Shown here in pieces: positions 1 through 9,561 of a stretch of DNA of 64,000 bases; within the stretch, counting starts at the first letter, position 1, and every line of letters starts with the position of its first letter. A model generated the notes under the pieces. It worked only from the letters and a program-made list of their open reading frames with translations. It ran no database searches and had not been told where the DNA came from. Where the stretch lies: assembly GCA_964346125.1 (NCBI GenBank), contig CAYFTO010000001.1:193-64192 (forward strand), in the 5' to 3' direction. This stretch comes from an uncultured Paludibacter sp. Its GTDB lineage: Bacteria; Bacteroidota; Bacteroidia; Bacteroidales; Paludibacteraceae. A program made the position numbers and the translations under genes.

Positions 1-790
1 TAATCAAGCTATTCTCATCAATATAAGCACGATAACCGGTTTCTGGATTTGTAAAATCGGATGAAAATAGAGCCTCTTCAAAGAGTTGCACATAATTTTT
101 GATATAGCTAAACTGCGACTCATTAATCTCATCGTGTTTGGGGTATTTTACAGTAATTGGCATACCAAATTGTGTATAAAAATGCTTTGGTTCACCTGCT
201 GCAAAGCCATCCACTTCGATAAGATATCCTCCTGTTATATTGGGTTCAGCAACATCCGTTTTCTTCTGTTTTTCAACCTCAACTCTTCCCACCGCCACTT
301 CCATCTGATCGCTCATTAAGTAGGAACCTAAAATTTGATTATTCAGCACAAGATCAACAAAGCGCACGGTTGGCGTAAATTCCATTTCAACAAATTCGCT
401 TACCTTAAATGCTACAGCATGCCGCATAAGGGTTTTATCTGCATAATTAGCCAACAAAGTCCATTTTTTCTCTTTAGCTGTTGCATTTAGCAAAGAGTAT
501 TTTTCATACAATTTCAATCTGTAAGGTTTCTTTGCCATGCCCCAAGTTGAATTTCCTCTTCCTCGAATATTCGTTGAATCAGCAAACAATTCTGTAGGAT
601 TAGAACTAACTATTGTTAGCTTTGCAGGTAAATAATCAGATTTACTTTTAATCGGACTATTATTAAGGGTCTTAATATAGAATGTAGGTAAATGGGTCAG
701 CTGCTCTTGAGCGAGAAGCGAAATGCTAAAATGACAAAAAACAGCTATAAGTAGCTTTATCAAATCTTGTTTATTTAACATCTTGTTCAT
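1..790 (-). CDS. CotH kinase-like family protein, N-terminal part (C-terminus runs off the window start)
   Basis: Not in the ORF track because it is truncated by the window edge. The reverse complement from 790 reads MNKMLNKQDLIKLLIAVFCHFSISLLAQEQLTHLPTFYIKTLNNSPIKSKSDYLPAKLTIVSSNPTELFADSTNIRGRGNSTWGMAKKPYRLKL..., which is a signal peptide followed by the RGRGNSTW / KKPYRLKL motifs typical of CotH proteins. The frame stays open to position 1. Confidence 0.7.
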   Translation of the reverse strand, partial: MNKMLNKQDLIKLLIAVFCHFSISLLAQEQLTHLPTFYIKTLNNSPIKSKSDYLPAKLTIVSSNPTELFADSTNIRGRGNSTWGMAKKPYRLKLYEKYSLLNATAKEKKWTLLANYADKTLMRHAVAFKVSEFVEMEFTPTVRFVDLVLNNQILGSYLMSDQMEVAVGRVEVEKQKKTDVAEPNITGGYLIEVDGFAAGEPKHFYTQFGMPITVKYPKHDEINESQFSYIKNYVQLFEEALFSSDFTNPETGYRAYIDENSLI

Positions 791-1016
791 TTTGTAAAGA
801 TACAAATTAATTCTTTTAATACACATAGCTGTAAAGCTGATTTATGTAAAAAAAGAAAAGTGGAAACAAAACATACGGAATAATTTAATGTCATTCTGGA
901 ACAACTACATTGCTTAATTATTAATAGTTTTTTGATAAAAAGCCTTTGACTAGACTATATTCACAAAAATAATCAATAAAAAACAAGTAAATACTTGCAA
1001 AGACGATAAAAGGTTG

Positions 1017-1024
1017 TATTTTTG
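1017..1024 (+). promoter_or_regulatory. Bacteroidota sigma-A -7 element (TATTTTTG = TAnnTTTG) for the Hc1-like gene
   Basis: Exact TAnnTTTG match 48 nt upstream of the ATG at 1072. Confidence 0.45.
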
Positions 1025-1071
1025 TAATAGAATAAACTTTATTTTCAAACCATTAATATAATTTAGAAATT

Positions 1072-1245
1072 ATGGACAAATTAGTAGCTCAAATCAATGA
1101 ACTAATTGGAACATTCCAAGAGAATGCAGCATTACAAGTAGAAAAAGGAAATAAAGCAGCTGGCGCACGCGCTCGTAAAGCTTCTTTAGAATTAGGTAAA
1201 CTTCTAAAAGATTTCCGTAAAGTATCAATTGATGCTGATAAATAG
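1072..1245 (+). CDS. Histone H1/Hc1-like small basic DNA-binding protein (57 aa)
   Basis: Hand translation gives MDKLVAQINELIGTFQENAALQVEKGNKAAGARARKASLELGKLLKDFRKVSIDADK*. The core EKGNKAAGxRARKAxLExGKLxKxFRK is the conserved signature of the Bacteroidota histone H1-like family. The gene has a promoter motif upstream and a hairpin terminator downstream. It is below the 60-aa cut-off of the ORF track. Confidence 0.8.
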   Translation: MDKLVAQINELIGTFQENAALQVEKGNKAAGARARKASLELGKLLKDFRKVSIDADK

Positions 1246-1275
1246 TATTTAATTTATACTTATTTAAATAAAAGA

Positions 1276-1310
1276 GAGAATTTCGATGAAAATTCTTTCT
1301 TTTATTTTTT
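1276..1310. terminator. Hairpin plus T-run between the convergent Hc1-like and beta-mannosidase genes
   Basis: AGAATTT (1277-1283), loop cgatga, AAATTCT (1290-1296), followed by a T-rich tract. Confidence 0.55.
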
Positions 1311-1314
1311 TATC

Positions 1315-3870
1315 TTAATAGGTATCTCTCAAATGCCTAATTTTAATTTCTGTCTTTGTAGCTTTCTTAAGCTCTGGAGCAGAAATTTCGATCACTTTTT
1401 TCTGTCCTGGATACAAAGTAAAGAAGTTATCCGTAAACTTAGCTCCTAAGATTGGAATTTCAATAAACACATCCTTAGCCAGCTTTTTACTTGTCAATGT
1501 TACAGTATATTTCCCATCGGCATATTTCACTGAGTGTTTGATTTCAGTCTCTGGCAAATTAAGTTTGTTTGGCCAGTAAAAGAAATAATCCCGAGTTGAT
1601 ATAATATTCTTTTTGCTATCACTCAACCAAGCATGAATAACTACATTGTGCTTTTGTTCTTCAGTAACCAGTTCAGAAGCATCAAATGCTTTAATCACTT
1701 TACTGGTGTTTGCTGGTGCTGTTACCTTCTCTCTAAATCTTTTAAGGGTAACCCCATTAAAATCAATAACTTCAACATTTAATTGCAAATTGTCTTTATC
1801 TTCTAATAAATCAGACATAGCAAAATAGCTAATTCTATCATTTTTGAATTCAACCCCCAAAGCCAATGGAGCAAAAATATTTCTCATTTTATAATGCTGT
1901 GCTTTCCAGTTATTATAATAGTCAACACTCGACCACGATACTACTGGCCAGTCGTCGTTTATTTGCCAATAAAGCGCTCCCATACAATAAGGACGACCAC
2001 GTCTATTTGCTTCAACCGCTTCTTCCATACCGTTACCCTGCATGATTAATCCTACGTAAACAAAATCTTCAAAAGTTTTAGGCGTATGGTAATACATATC
2101 CATATATTGTTTGATAATGGTATTACCAATCGGGCTTTTTTGATGAATCTGCATCACATCTGAGTCTATATCGTAATCCTCTTCTTCAGCAAATGTGCGG
2201 ATTGTTTTCATTTCAGGAAAAGACTGAAAGCCAAACTCACTTGCAAAACGTGGTAATCGATCAGCCATCGCTTCGAAAGGCATACGTCCGTGCCACAAAC
2301 CCCAATCGTGCACATCACTCGAGCTAAATTTATCTACATTGCCCCAGTTGGAGTCGTAAGGAGAACCGTGAATGTAATTTCTTGTTCCGTCATACTCATC
2401 AACCAATGCTGGTATCATTTCACGAAAAGTTTTGTCATACCCTTCAAACCAAGCGTCCATAATCTCCTCTGGGAATCTTTTACCCCAGCCCCAAAATTTC
2501 AGACCCTCTTCAACTTCATTATTTCCACACCAAAAAGCAAGCGAAGGATGATTTCTTAAACGCTTTACATTCCAAATAACCTCATCTGTAACATTGGCTA
2601 AAAAAGCATCATCTGAAGGATAAGGAGTGCAACCAAAAATAAAATCCTGCCATACTAAAATACCCTTTTCATCCGCTAATTCATAAAAATAGTTGTCTTC
2701 ATAAGTTCCACCACCCCAAATACGGATAAAATTCATATTAGCTTCAGTAAAATTATCAAAAAGTCTATGGTAATAGGATTCATCTTGTTGCGTACGCAAA
2801 ATTTCACCGGGTATGTAATTGGCTCCTTTAGCAAAAATGGGCAAACCATTTACTTCGAAATAGAATGAACGTCCATGTTCGTCAGGCTCTTGCACCAAGC
2901 GAACGGAACGAAGTCCCACCTTTTGAGATTTCTCTGCTACAATTTTATTATTTACACTTACTTCTACCTTGAAATTATATCGATGCTGCTCTCCCCAATC
3001 AATCGGCATCCAAAGTTTTGGATTATTGATTTCCAAAGGCAGTTTTACAATATTCTTACCCGGCTTTAAAACTACATCTCCCTGAATGCTTTTTACATCA
3101 TCAATGCCATAACTTAAAGTTACAAGCGCATTTTGTTCCTCTTTAGCAACAGAAAAAATCTCAACTTGATTATTTAATTTTGCAAGTTCTTTTGTAATGT
3201 CAGTTTGCTTTACATAAAAATCATCAATGCGTGCTTTGTTGTAAAAATTGAGAGTTATAGGTTGCCAAATTCCCATTTGCACCAATCGGATCCCCCAATC
3301 CCAACCAAACTGATAAGGCGCTTTTCGATTGTAGATGCTTAATCGCTCATCACTATGATCGTTATCAGCAGGATATTCATGTCCAAACGATATGCGAGCT
3401 GGATCCATAGTTGTAATAGGAGAATAAAAACGTATCCACAAATTATTTTCACCTTCACGAAGGGAATTTTTAACAGAAACTCGGTGCCCAACAAACATAT
3501 TTTGAGTTTGCAAGATACGTGAGCCATTCAAAAAGACATCCGCATGCGTATCCAAACCTTCAAAAAAGATAATGGCATCATCGTATTTTAGTTGCTCGGC
3601 CGTAACCACAAAAGTTTTTTTGAAATCCCAATCTTCCAATTCAGGCCACTGTACATCATTTTCATTGGTTCCATAATAAGGATCAGGTAAAACACCATGA
3701 CGGATTAAATCACGCTGTACAGAGCCTGGCACTTCTGCATCGTACCAAGTATCTTTGTTTTTCTGTGAAAACTTCCAACCATCATTTAGAGATAAGCTCT
3801 CACCACTCGCCACTCCTATCGTTAAAATTAAAGCTAATAGGGCTAATACATAATTTTTATTCTGTCTCAT
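1315..3870 (-). CDS. GH2 beta-mannosidase (BtMan2A-like), secreted
   Basis: 851 aa with a signal peptide. Motifs LNDGWKF, WYDAEVPGSVQRDLIRHGVLPDPYYGTNENDVQW, NFIRIWGGGTYE and WCGNNE are characteristic of bacterial GH2 beta-mannosidases. Confidence 0.85.
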   Translation of the reverse strand: MRQNKNYVLALLALILTIGVASGESLSLNDGWKFSQKNKDTWYDAEVPGSVQRDLIRHGVLPDPYYGTNENDVQWPELEDWDFKKTFVVTAEQLKYDDAIIFFEGLDTHADVFLNGSRILQTQNMFVGHRVSVKNSLREGENNLWIRFYSPITTMDPARISFGHEYPADNDHSDERLSIYNRKAPYQFGWDWGIRLVQMGIWQPITLNFYNKARIDDFYVKQTDITKELAKLNNQVEIFSVAKEEQNALVTLSYGIDDVKSIQGDVVLKPGKNIVKLPLEINNPKLWMPIDWGEQHRYNFKVEVSVNNKIVAEKSQKVGLRSVRLVQEPDEHGRSFYFEVNGLPIFAKGANYIPGEILRTQQDESYYHRLFDNFTEANMNFIRIWGGGTYEDNYFYELADEKGILVWQDFIFGCTPYPSDDAFLANVTDEVIWNVKRLRNHPSLAFWCGNNEVEEGLKFWGWGKRFPEEIMDAWFEGYDKTFREMIPALVDEYDGTRNYIHGSPYDSNWGNVDKFSSSDVHDWGLWHGRMPFEAMADRLPRFASEFGFQSFPEMKTIRTFAEEEDYDIDSDVMQIHQKSPIGNTIIKQYMDMYYHTPKTFEDFVYVGLIMQGNGMEEAVEANRRGRPYCMGALYWQINDDWPVVSWSSVDYYNNWKAQHYKMRNIFAPLALGVEFKNDRISYFAMSDLLEDKDNLQLNVEVIDFNGVTLKRFREKVTAPANTSKVIKAFDASELVTEEQKHNVVIHAWLSDSKKNIISTRDYFFYWPNKLNLPETEIKHSVKYADGKYTVTLTSKKLAKDVFIEIPILGAKFTDNFFTLYPGQKKVIEISAPELKKATKTEIKIRHLRDTY

Positions 3871-3895
3871 TGTTAATCTATTAAGTGTATATTTA

Positions 3896-5275
3896 CTATT
3901 TTTCTAAACCGAAATTAAAAGAATCAGATGAAGTCCGTGAGTTATCCATTCTTTTCTTCAATTTCTTAAGTATCTTTGGATTCTCGCTTGCCAAATCTTT
4001 TGTTTCAAAAGGATCTTCTTTGATATTATAGAGTTCATGGCTTGGATTTCCACTTTTTATTTTTTGTCTAATCAATTTCCAATCCCCTACACGAAGTGCT
4101 TGTCGCCCACCCTCTTCATGAAACTCCCAATAAAATTGCTTATGTTTCTTTTGCTTGCCTTTACCCGTAAGTATTGGTAAAATAGATATTCCATCAGTAC
4201 TCTCTTTCCATGTTTTTTTCTGGCCTGAAATTTCGGCAAAAGTAGGCATCATATCCCAAAACGCTGCTGGGAAATCCGTCTTCACACCAGGTTTAATCAC
4301 ACCTTTCCACTCAGCAATCATAGGAACACGTATTCCCCCTTCATATAAAGATCGTTTCAAGCCTCTCAAAGTTTGATCATTAGCAAAAAACTCTGGGTCT
4401 GCCCCACCCTCTTGATGCGGTCCGTTATCACTTGTAAAGATAAGCAAAGTATTTTCTGCTATTCCCAATCGTTCCAACTCGCTTCTAATTTCACCAACAT
4501 ATGCATCCAATCGAGTCACCATTCCTGCAAACTGTACACGTGGTTCATCGGTTGGGACGTAACTCCCTACACCTTTAAATGGTTTTGGGTCAGGCAAAAC
4601 TCCTCTGTACATAGCTACTATACTATCATCGGGCTGTTCAAGTCCTGCATGAGGAAGAGTGTAAGTCAAATATATAAAGAAAGGCTTTTCTTTATTGTCT
4701 CGTATAAAGTTCATTGCACGCTGATGGATCAGATCTTGTGAATACTTTTCTCCATTCAGCATTATTTTTGTTTTCCCATCATATAGCCATTCAGGATAAT
4801 AGGAGTGAGCTTCGCGCTGGCAATTGTATCCAAAGAATTGATCAAAACCTTTGTCCGTCGCTTCAAATCCAGAACCTGGAAAACCTAAACCCCACTTACC
4901 AAAACAGCCTGTTGCATAGCCCTTCGTTTTAAAAAGTTGAGCTAAAGAAGCATCTGGTCCCACAGGAGCTTGTCCTTCAGGCCTTATCTCTTTATTTCCT
5001 CGTATCAAAGTATGACCTGTATGCAAACCTGTTATGACACTTGCTCGCGAAGGGGCACTTACAGATGTACCGGCATAGAATTGCGTAAACTGCATACCTG
5101 ATTCAGCCATATTTACCAAATGAGGTGTTTTTATCTTTTCTTGACCATAGGGCTCAATATCCGAATATCCTAAGTCGTCGCTCAAAATAAAAATAACATT
5201 GGGGCTATTTGCTTGCGCCAAAGTTGTAGTTGCAAGCGCTGTTAAGAATAGAGTCCCAGGTATTATTCTATTCAT
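3896..5275 (-). CDS. Ser-type formylglycine-dependent sulfatase (S1 family)
   Basis: 459 aa with a signal peptide. SDDLGYSDIEPYG metal-binding N-terminus and a sulfatase signature SAPSRASVITG, which is the S-x-P-x-R (Ser-type) form. Confidence 0.85.
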   Translation of the reverse strand: MNRIIPGTLFLTALATTTLAQANSPNVIFILSDDLGYSDIEPYGQEKIKTPHLVNMAESGMQFTQFYAGTSVSAPSRASVITGLHTGHTLIRGNKEIRPEGQAPVGPDASLAQLFKTKGYATGCFGKWGLGFPGSGFEATDKGFDQFFGYNCQREAHSYYPEWLYDGKTKIMLNGEKYSQDLIHQRAMNFIRDNKEKPFFIYLTYTLPHAGLEQPDDSIVAMYRGVLPDPKPFKGVGSYVPTDEPRVQFAGMVTRLDAYVGEIRSELERLGIAENTLLIFTSDNGPHQEGGADPEFFANDQTLRGLKRSLYEGGIRVPMIAEWKGVIKPGVKTDFPAAFWDMMPTFAEISGQKKTWKESTDGISILPILTGKGKQKKHKQFYWEFHEEGGRQALRVGDWKLIRQKIKSGNPSHELYNIKEDPFETKDLASENPKILKKLKKRMDNSRTSSDSFNFGLEK

Positions 5276-5312
5276 TTGTCTATCTTTTTTACAGATTAAA
5301 AAACTCTTTTAT

Positions 5313-5960
5313 TTAAAAATATAGTTCTCCAAAAAATTGGGGCTGATGAAAATTAGGCTCATCTGTTTTGATGGGCAACCAGCTAATAAAGTGAACATTA
5401 TGAGTTAAATCGCCACATTTATAGAAGTTTGCACGAATCTTTTCTGGCAAATTATTTGAATCAATTTGCATCAACTTCATAGGAATTTTAACTGTCAACT
5501 GCCATTCTACATCTTTTTTAGTCAATTCAATGGTTTTTGTACCTAATGAAGCGTATCGCTCTATGGTGAGCATCTCCTCTTTAGAAAATGGGTTGACATC
5601 TTCGTTTTTACCTTTACGCTTCGAAGCAGAGCAGGTACCAATAGCATTAAACTCAAAATTTGTGTAATGATCCGAACCCTCAGGCATACAGAAAAACTCA
5701 ACACAACTATCTTCATGCACAGGTGATTGATCTTGAGTATAAACCGCCTTAATATCTTCACCTACTACCGAAAACCGAACAAGAACTGCTTCTTTTGAAC
5801 GAGCGATTTGAAAATAGGTATCCGTTAAGTATGGAAATGACTCTGGCCAGTTTAGTGTTTCTATTTTTTGCTTACTTTCTAAAGTAGATAAAAGCTTATC
5901 CGACTGCTCTATATTCGCTTTATCCAACTCAGCTAAATATGGTATTTTTAATTGTTTCAT
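5313..5960 (-). CDS. CBM9-like carbohydrate-binding domain protein
   Basis: 215 aa with no signal peptide. The pattern of NWPE..FPY, VRFSV.., SPVHEDSCVEFF and YTNFEFNAIGT resembles the CBM9-like family that is widespread in Bacteroidota. The call rests on recall of that family only. Confidence 0.5.
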   Translation of the reverse strand: MKQLKIPYLAELDKANIEQSDKLLSTLESKQKIETLNWPESFPYLTDTYFQIARSKEAVLVRFSVVGEDIKAVYTQDQSPVHEDSCVEFFCMPEGSDHYTNFEFNAIGTCSASKRKGKNEDVNPFSKEEMLTIERYASLGTKTIELTKKDVEWQLTVKIPMKLMQIDSNNLPEKIRANFYKCGDLTHNVHFISWLPIKTDEPNFHQPQFFGELYF

Positions 5961-6116
5961 ATGAACTTGTTTTTCAAATATATTTAAATCAAACTCTTCT
6001 GCAATATTACTACAAAATCCTCAAATCAACAAATTGAAACTGCTTGAAAATCTTATTTATCATACAGTAATTTCTTAGATTTTATTGAGCCAAAAAGTTC
6101 AAATTTAGGTATTAAA

Positions 6117-6152
6117 TATAAAAAAACCTCCGAGTATTTTATTCTCGAAGGT
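6117..6152 (-). terminator. Rho-independent terminator of the acyl-CoA ligase gene
   Basis: ACCTCCGAG (6126-6134) pairs with CTCGAAGGT (6144-6152) with one mismatch. The A-run at 6117-6126 gives a U-run on the minus-strand transcript. Confidence 0.6.
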
Positions 6153-6178
6153 TATTTTAAGAGCTTAATCAGCACTAA

Positions 6179-7954
6179 TTATTTATTCAAATTCCCTGAA
6201 GTGTAAAGATATCGCTTGATACTTTTCTTAGGTGTTTTTTCAAACTCATGAGGATACAGCTTCACCTTGGCAACCTGCTCATACGTGGCTACAATTTCAT
6301 TTAAGTGTTTGCGATTTTCCTCCATAATACTATCTAAATCAGCAGTACGAACACCTTCAACATCCATCGCCTCATAATCGGGATAGATTAAGGCCGTCAA
6401 TCTACCATCGTTTTCTACCACTAAGCTTTCAAACACGTAAGGCATATTATTTAATTTAGCCTCAATCTCTTCAGGATAAACATTTTGACCACTTGCAGTT
6501 AAAATCATAGTTTTATTTCTACCACGGATAAATACATTTCCTTCAGCATCAATTGTACCCAGGTCGCCAGTCCGCAACCAACCATCATCTGTCAAAACTT
6601 CTTTAGTAGCTTTTTCGTTTTTATAGTAGCCGGCCATTACGTTCTCACCACGCACAAAAATCTCACCTATCCCTGTATCTGGATCTGGGTCATTTATTTT
6701 GGCCTCCATGATGCCCTCAAGAATCTTTCCTGATGAAGTTTGAATGAAATTATCCTTGTGTGAATAGCTAATCAAAGGAGCACACTCTGTCATACCATAA
6801 CCCACAGTGAAAGGAAATTTGATTCTTTTGAAAAAATCTTCAACTTCTGCATTCAAAGGAGCTCCACCAATCACAATTTGGGAGAAATTCCCTCCAAAAG
6901 TGTCAATAAGTTTTTTGCGAATTTGTCCTAAAATGGCTTGATCCAAAAATGGAACTTTCAGCGCCCAATGCATCGCAGCTTTACCCAAAACTGGTTGAAT
7001 TTGTCTCTTATATATCTTTTCTATAATTAGTGGAACTAAGAAAATAACATTTGGACGCACCTCTGAAAATGCTTTTATCAATATTTTGGGAGTAGGCGTG
7101 CGACCAATAAATGTAATATGCGCGCCTAAATAAGTAGCCGTTAAAAAATCGAAAGCACAACCATATGCGTGAGCCAAAGGTAGAAAAGCTACAATTTTGT
7201 AACCTGGTGCTAACAAGCCCGTCTTAACTCCGAATGTAATATTTCCAGCATAATTATTTCCAGTAATCATTACTCCTTTACTAAAACCTGTAGTTCCAGA
7301 AGTATAGCTAATACAAACCACTTCCGAGTTTGGCTTATCTACATAACGCACCAAATCCTTGTAGAAACCTTCGGGATAAGTTTCGTTAAATAACTGCTCG
7401 ATATAAGTTCTTTGAAGTTTTTCTGAATCAATAGCAACTGCTTGATTATCCAGCTTTACCACCTCCTCATCAGCAGGTAGAGTATCGCCCTTATTTTCAG
7501 TTTCATCATCATTTTCTTCTTTAGTAGCTCGAACAACTGTAGTAATCAAGCCAAAGTCATTGAGTGAATGCACTGAATTAATTGTAAACAGAGCTGTCTC
7601 GTCCAAGTTATCCCAAATATGATTGCTTACAAAAAGAGCTTTTGACTCAGAATGATTAATGATATGATGCACATCATTAGGATTAAAATCTTGTAAAATT
7701 GGAATAATTATAGCTCCATACGTAACAGTTGCTAAAAAAGTAATGGCCCAATTAGCGTCATTACGCCCAATTAAAGCAACTTTGTCATTTGGCTCAATAC
7801 CCATCTGTTTAAACAACAAATGCAATTTGGCTACTTCTGTGGCAACATCTCCATAACTATAGCTTTTATTTTCACCAAAATTTGTGTAAGCGTCTAAATC
7901 CCAATTTGCTCTAAAACTGTCTTCAAAAAGACGAATAAAATTTTCTTTTATCAT
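6179..7954 (-). CDS. Long-chain-fatty-acid--CoA ligase (AMP-binding, FadD-like)
   Basis: 591 aa. AMP-binding motif YTSGTTGFSKGVM, GYGMTE, and TGDLG...GRxK near the C-terminus. A CAAATATA (reverse complement TATATTTG) -7 motif lies at 7986-7993, 32 nt upstream of the start. Confidence 0.85.
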   Translation of the reverse strand: MIKENFIRLFEDSFRANWDLDAYTNFGENKSYSYGDVATEVAKLHLLFKQMGIEPNDKVALIGRNDANWAITFLATVTYGAIIIPILQDFNPNDVHHIINHSESKALFVSNHIWDNLDETALFTINSVHSLNDFGLITTVVRATKEENDDETENKGDTLPADEEVVKLDNQAVAIDSEKLQRTYIEQLFNETYPEGFYKDLVRYVDKPNSEVVCISYTSGTTGFSKGVMITGNNYAGNITFGVKTGLLAPGYKIVAFLPLAHAYGCAFDFLTATYLGAHITFIGRTPTPKILIKAFSEVRPNVIFLVPLIIEKIYKRQIQPVLGKAAMHWALKVPFLDQAILGQIRKKLIDTFGGNFSQIVIGGAPLNAEVEDFFKRIKFPFTVGYGMTECAPLISYSHKDNFIQTSSGKILEGIMEAKINDPDPDTGIGEIFVRGENVMAGYYKNEKATKEVLTDDGWLRTGDLGTIDAEGNVFIRGRNKTMILTASGQNVYPEEIEAKLNNMPYVFESLVVENDGRLTALIYPDYEAMDVEGVRTADLDSIMEENRKHLNEIVATYEQVAKVKLYPHEFEKTPKKSIKRYLYTSGNLNK

Positions 7955-8378
7955 TTTTAGTCCTTCATTGAATAATACTTATTTGCAAATATAGAACAAA
8001 TTGCACAAACAGAGTGAAAATGTGCGAAATAATTTTGAATATAATTGAAATTCAGAATGAATACATATTTTTCAATCCAGATATGTCTTAGTTAAAAGCT
8101 TAATGATATGAAGTAACTGTAGAAAAATCAAACAATTTCAATTTACACAAATTTTAACAAACAACTTATATACATTTAACACGTTATTATAAAAATGAAA
8201 ATTTTGCTCAATCCATTTTTTTTCAAAAAAAAACATCAAATATTAGTATCGTTATGAACTAGAATAGCACATTTTTTGTTGTTTAATGTACTATGTATTA
8301 ATAAAAAGAATATCCTTAGAAGATTTAGTAAAAAGCAATCAACAAATCAATTATTAAACCCATAAAACCCATGAAGCC

Positions 8379-8924
8379 ATGAAAAAAATTCATTTATTTT
8401 CAACAACATTAATTCTCTTTTCAATTCTTACATTAATTTCATGTGATGGATTAAAAGATAACGTAACGGTTCCTATAAAAATCGAACCAAATCCCATTGA
8501 TCTTTCCATAAAAGGACCTTTTGAAGAACTAAATGGTGAATTTATTCTATTAGAAAAGTCCAGTGGATTTGATGTTAAAAAAGGTATTGAAGCAGAAGGC
8601 TACTCAACTGACAACCTAAAATCATTAGACTTAATTGATGCTAAAATCAAATTAAAAACCGTAAATCCTAATATGGATAAAATTGATTTATTCGAATTAG
8701 AGAAACTTAAATTATCCTTTGACAATTTGGATAATCCCGTAGCTAAGGTTAAAAAAATAGATAAAGATGCAGGCTTAATCTATTTGGATATTCTTAAGAG
8801 TGATGTTCTCACAGAGTTAGAAGAAGGTGATGTGAAAATAATAATTAGTAACGATAAACCTACAAGTGTAGATGGCGAACTTCAACTCATTACAGAATTG
8901 AAAGCTAAAGTAGGATTGAAGTAA
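8379..8924 (+). CDS. Hypothetical lipoprotein
   Basis: 181 aa. Signal peptide with lipobox LISC. No family recognised. Confidence 0.6.
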   Translation: MKKIHLFSTTLILFSILTLISCDGLKDNVTVPIKIEPNPIDLSIKGPFEELNGEFILLEKSSGFDVKKGIEAEGYSTDNLKSLDLIDAKIKLKTVNPNMDKIDLFELEKLKLSFDNLDNPVAKVKKIDKDAGLIYLDILKSDVLTELEEGDVKIIISNDKPTSVDGELQLITELKAKVGLK

Positions 8925-8941
8925 TAAAGAGATTGTATTAC

Positions 8942-8977
8942 AAAAAAGCTACTTGCGTTAATGCAAGTAGCTTTTTT
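8942..8977. terminator. Bidirectional hairpin terminator
   Basis: Perfect 10-bp stem AGCTACTTGC (8947-8956) / GCAAGTAGCT (8963-8972), with an A-run before it and a T-run after it. Confidence 0.8.
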
Positions 8978-8997
8978 GTTATCCTAATATTAAAGAT

Positions 8998-9546
8998 TTA
9001 TACTTCAAAGACTTCAATAAGCTCCATACCTTTTTGCAAAGACTCCTCATTCATAGGAATAAGATGATGATGTCGCTCGGGTAGAGATTTTTTCAATCCG
9101 CTTACTACATTTTCAAGTTTTACAATAGGACGAACCTTTAATAAACCACCTAAAATCATCATATTAAGTGTTCGCACCATATCATTTTTATAAGCATAAT
9201 CAGTAGCGTCAACTCGGTAAATATTTATATCCTTACGAGTTGGAAACTTCTTAAATCCATTACTATCAAAAATAAGTGTTCCGCCTGGCTTTACTTTACT
9301 TTCAAATTTATCCAATGATGGCTGATTCAGAACAATTACTGTATCATATTGATTTAGAACCGGTGAGCTAATTTTGTCATCACTCAAAATAACTGTAACA
9401 TTAGCTGTTCCGCCACGCTGTTCGGGTCCATAAGATGGGAACCAAGTAACCTCCTGCCCTTGCATAAGGCCTGAGTAAACCAATATCCTACCCATAGACA
9501 ACACTCCCTGACCACCAAAGCCTGATATTAATATTTCTTCTTTCAT
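8998..9546 (-). CDS. 2-oxoacid:ferredoxin oxidoreductase, gamma subunit
   Basis: 182 aa. ISGFGGQGVLSMG N-terminus typical of the OFOR gamma subunit. It is the last gene of a 4-gene operon. Confidence 0.85.
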   Translation of the reverse strand: MKEEILISGFGGQGVLSMGRILVYSGLMQGQEVTWFPSYGPEQRGGTANVTVILSDDKISSPVLNQYDTVIVLNQPSLDKFESKVKPGGTLIFDSNGFKKFPTRKDINIYRVDATDYAYKNDMVRTLNMMILGGLLKVRPIVKLENVVSGLKKSLPERHHHLIPMNEESLQKGMELIEVFEV

Positions 9547-9561
9547 TTTTTTTTGATTTAA

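Noticed and set aside
86-319. 77-aa plus-strand ORF from the track
   Set aside because: It lies entirely antisense to the much longer open CotH-like frame (1-790, minus strand). It is Phe/Ile/Cys-rich with no recognisable motif.
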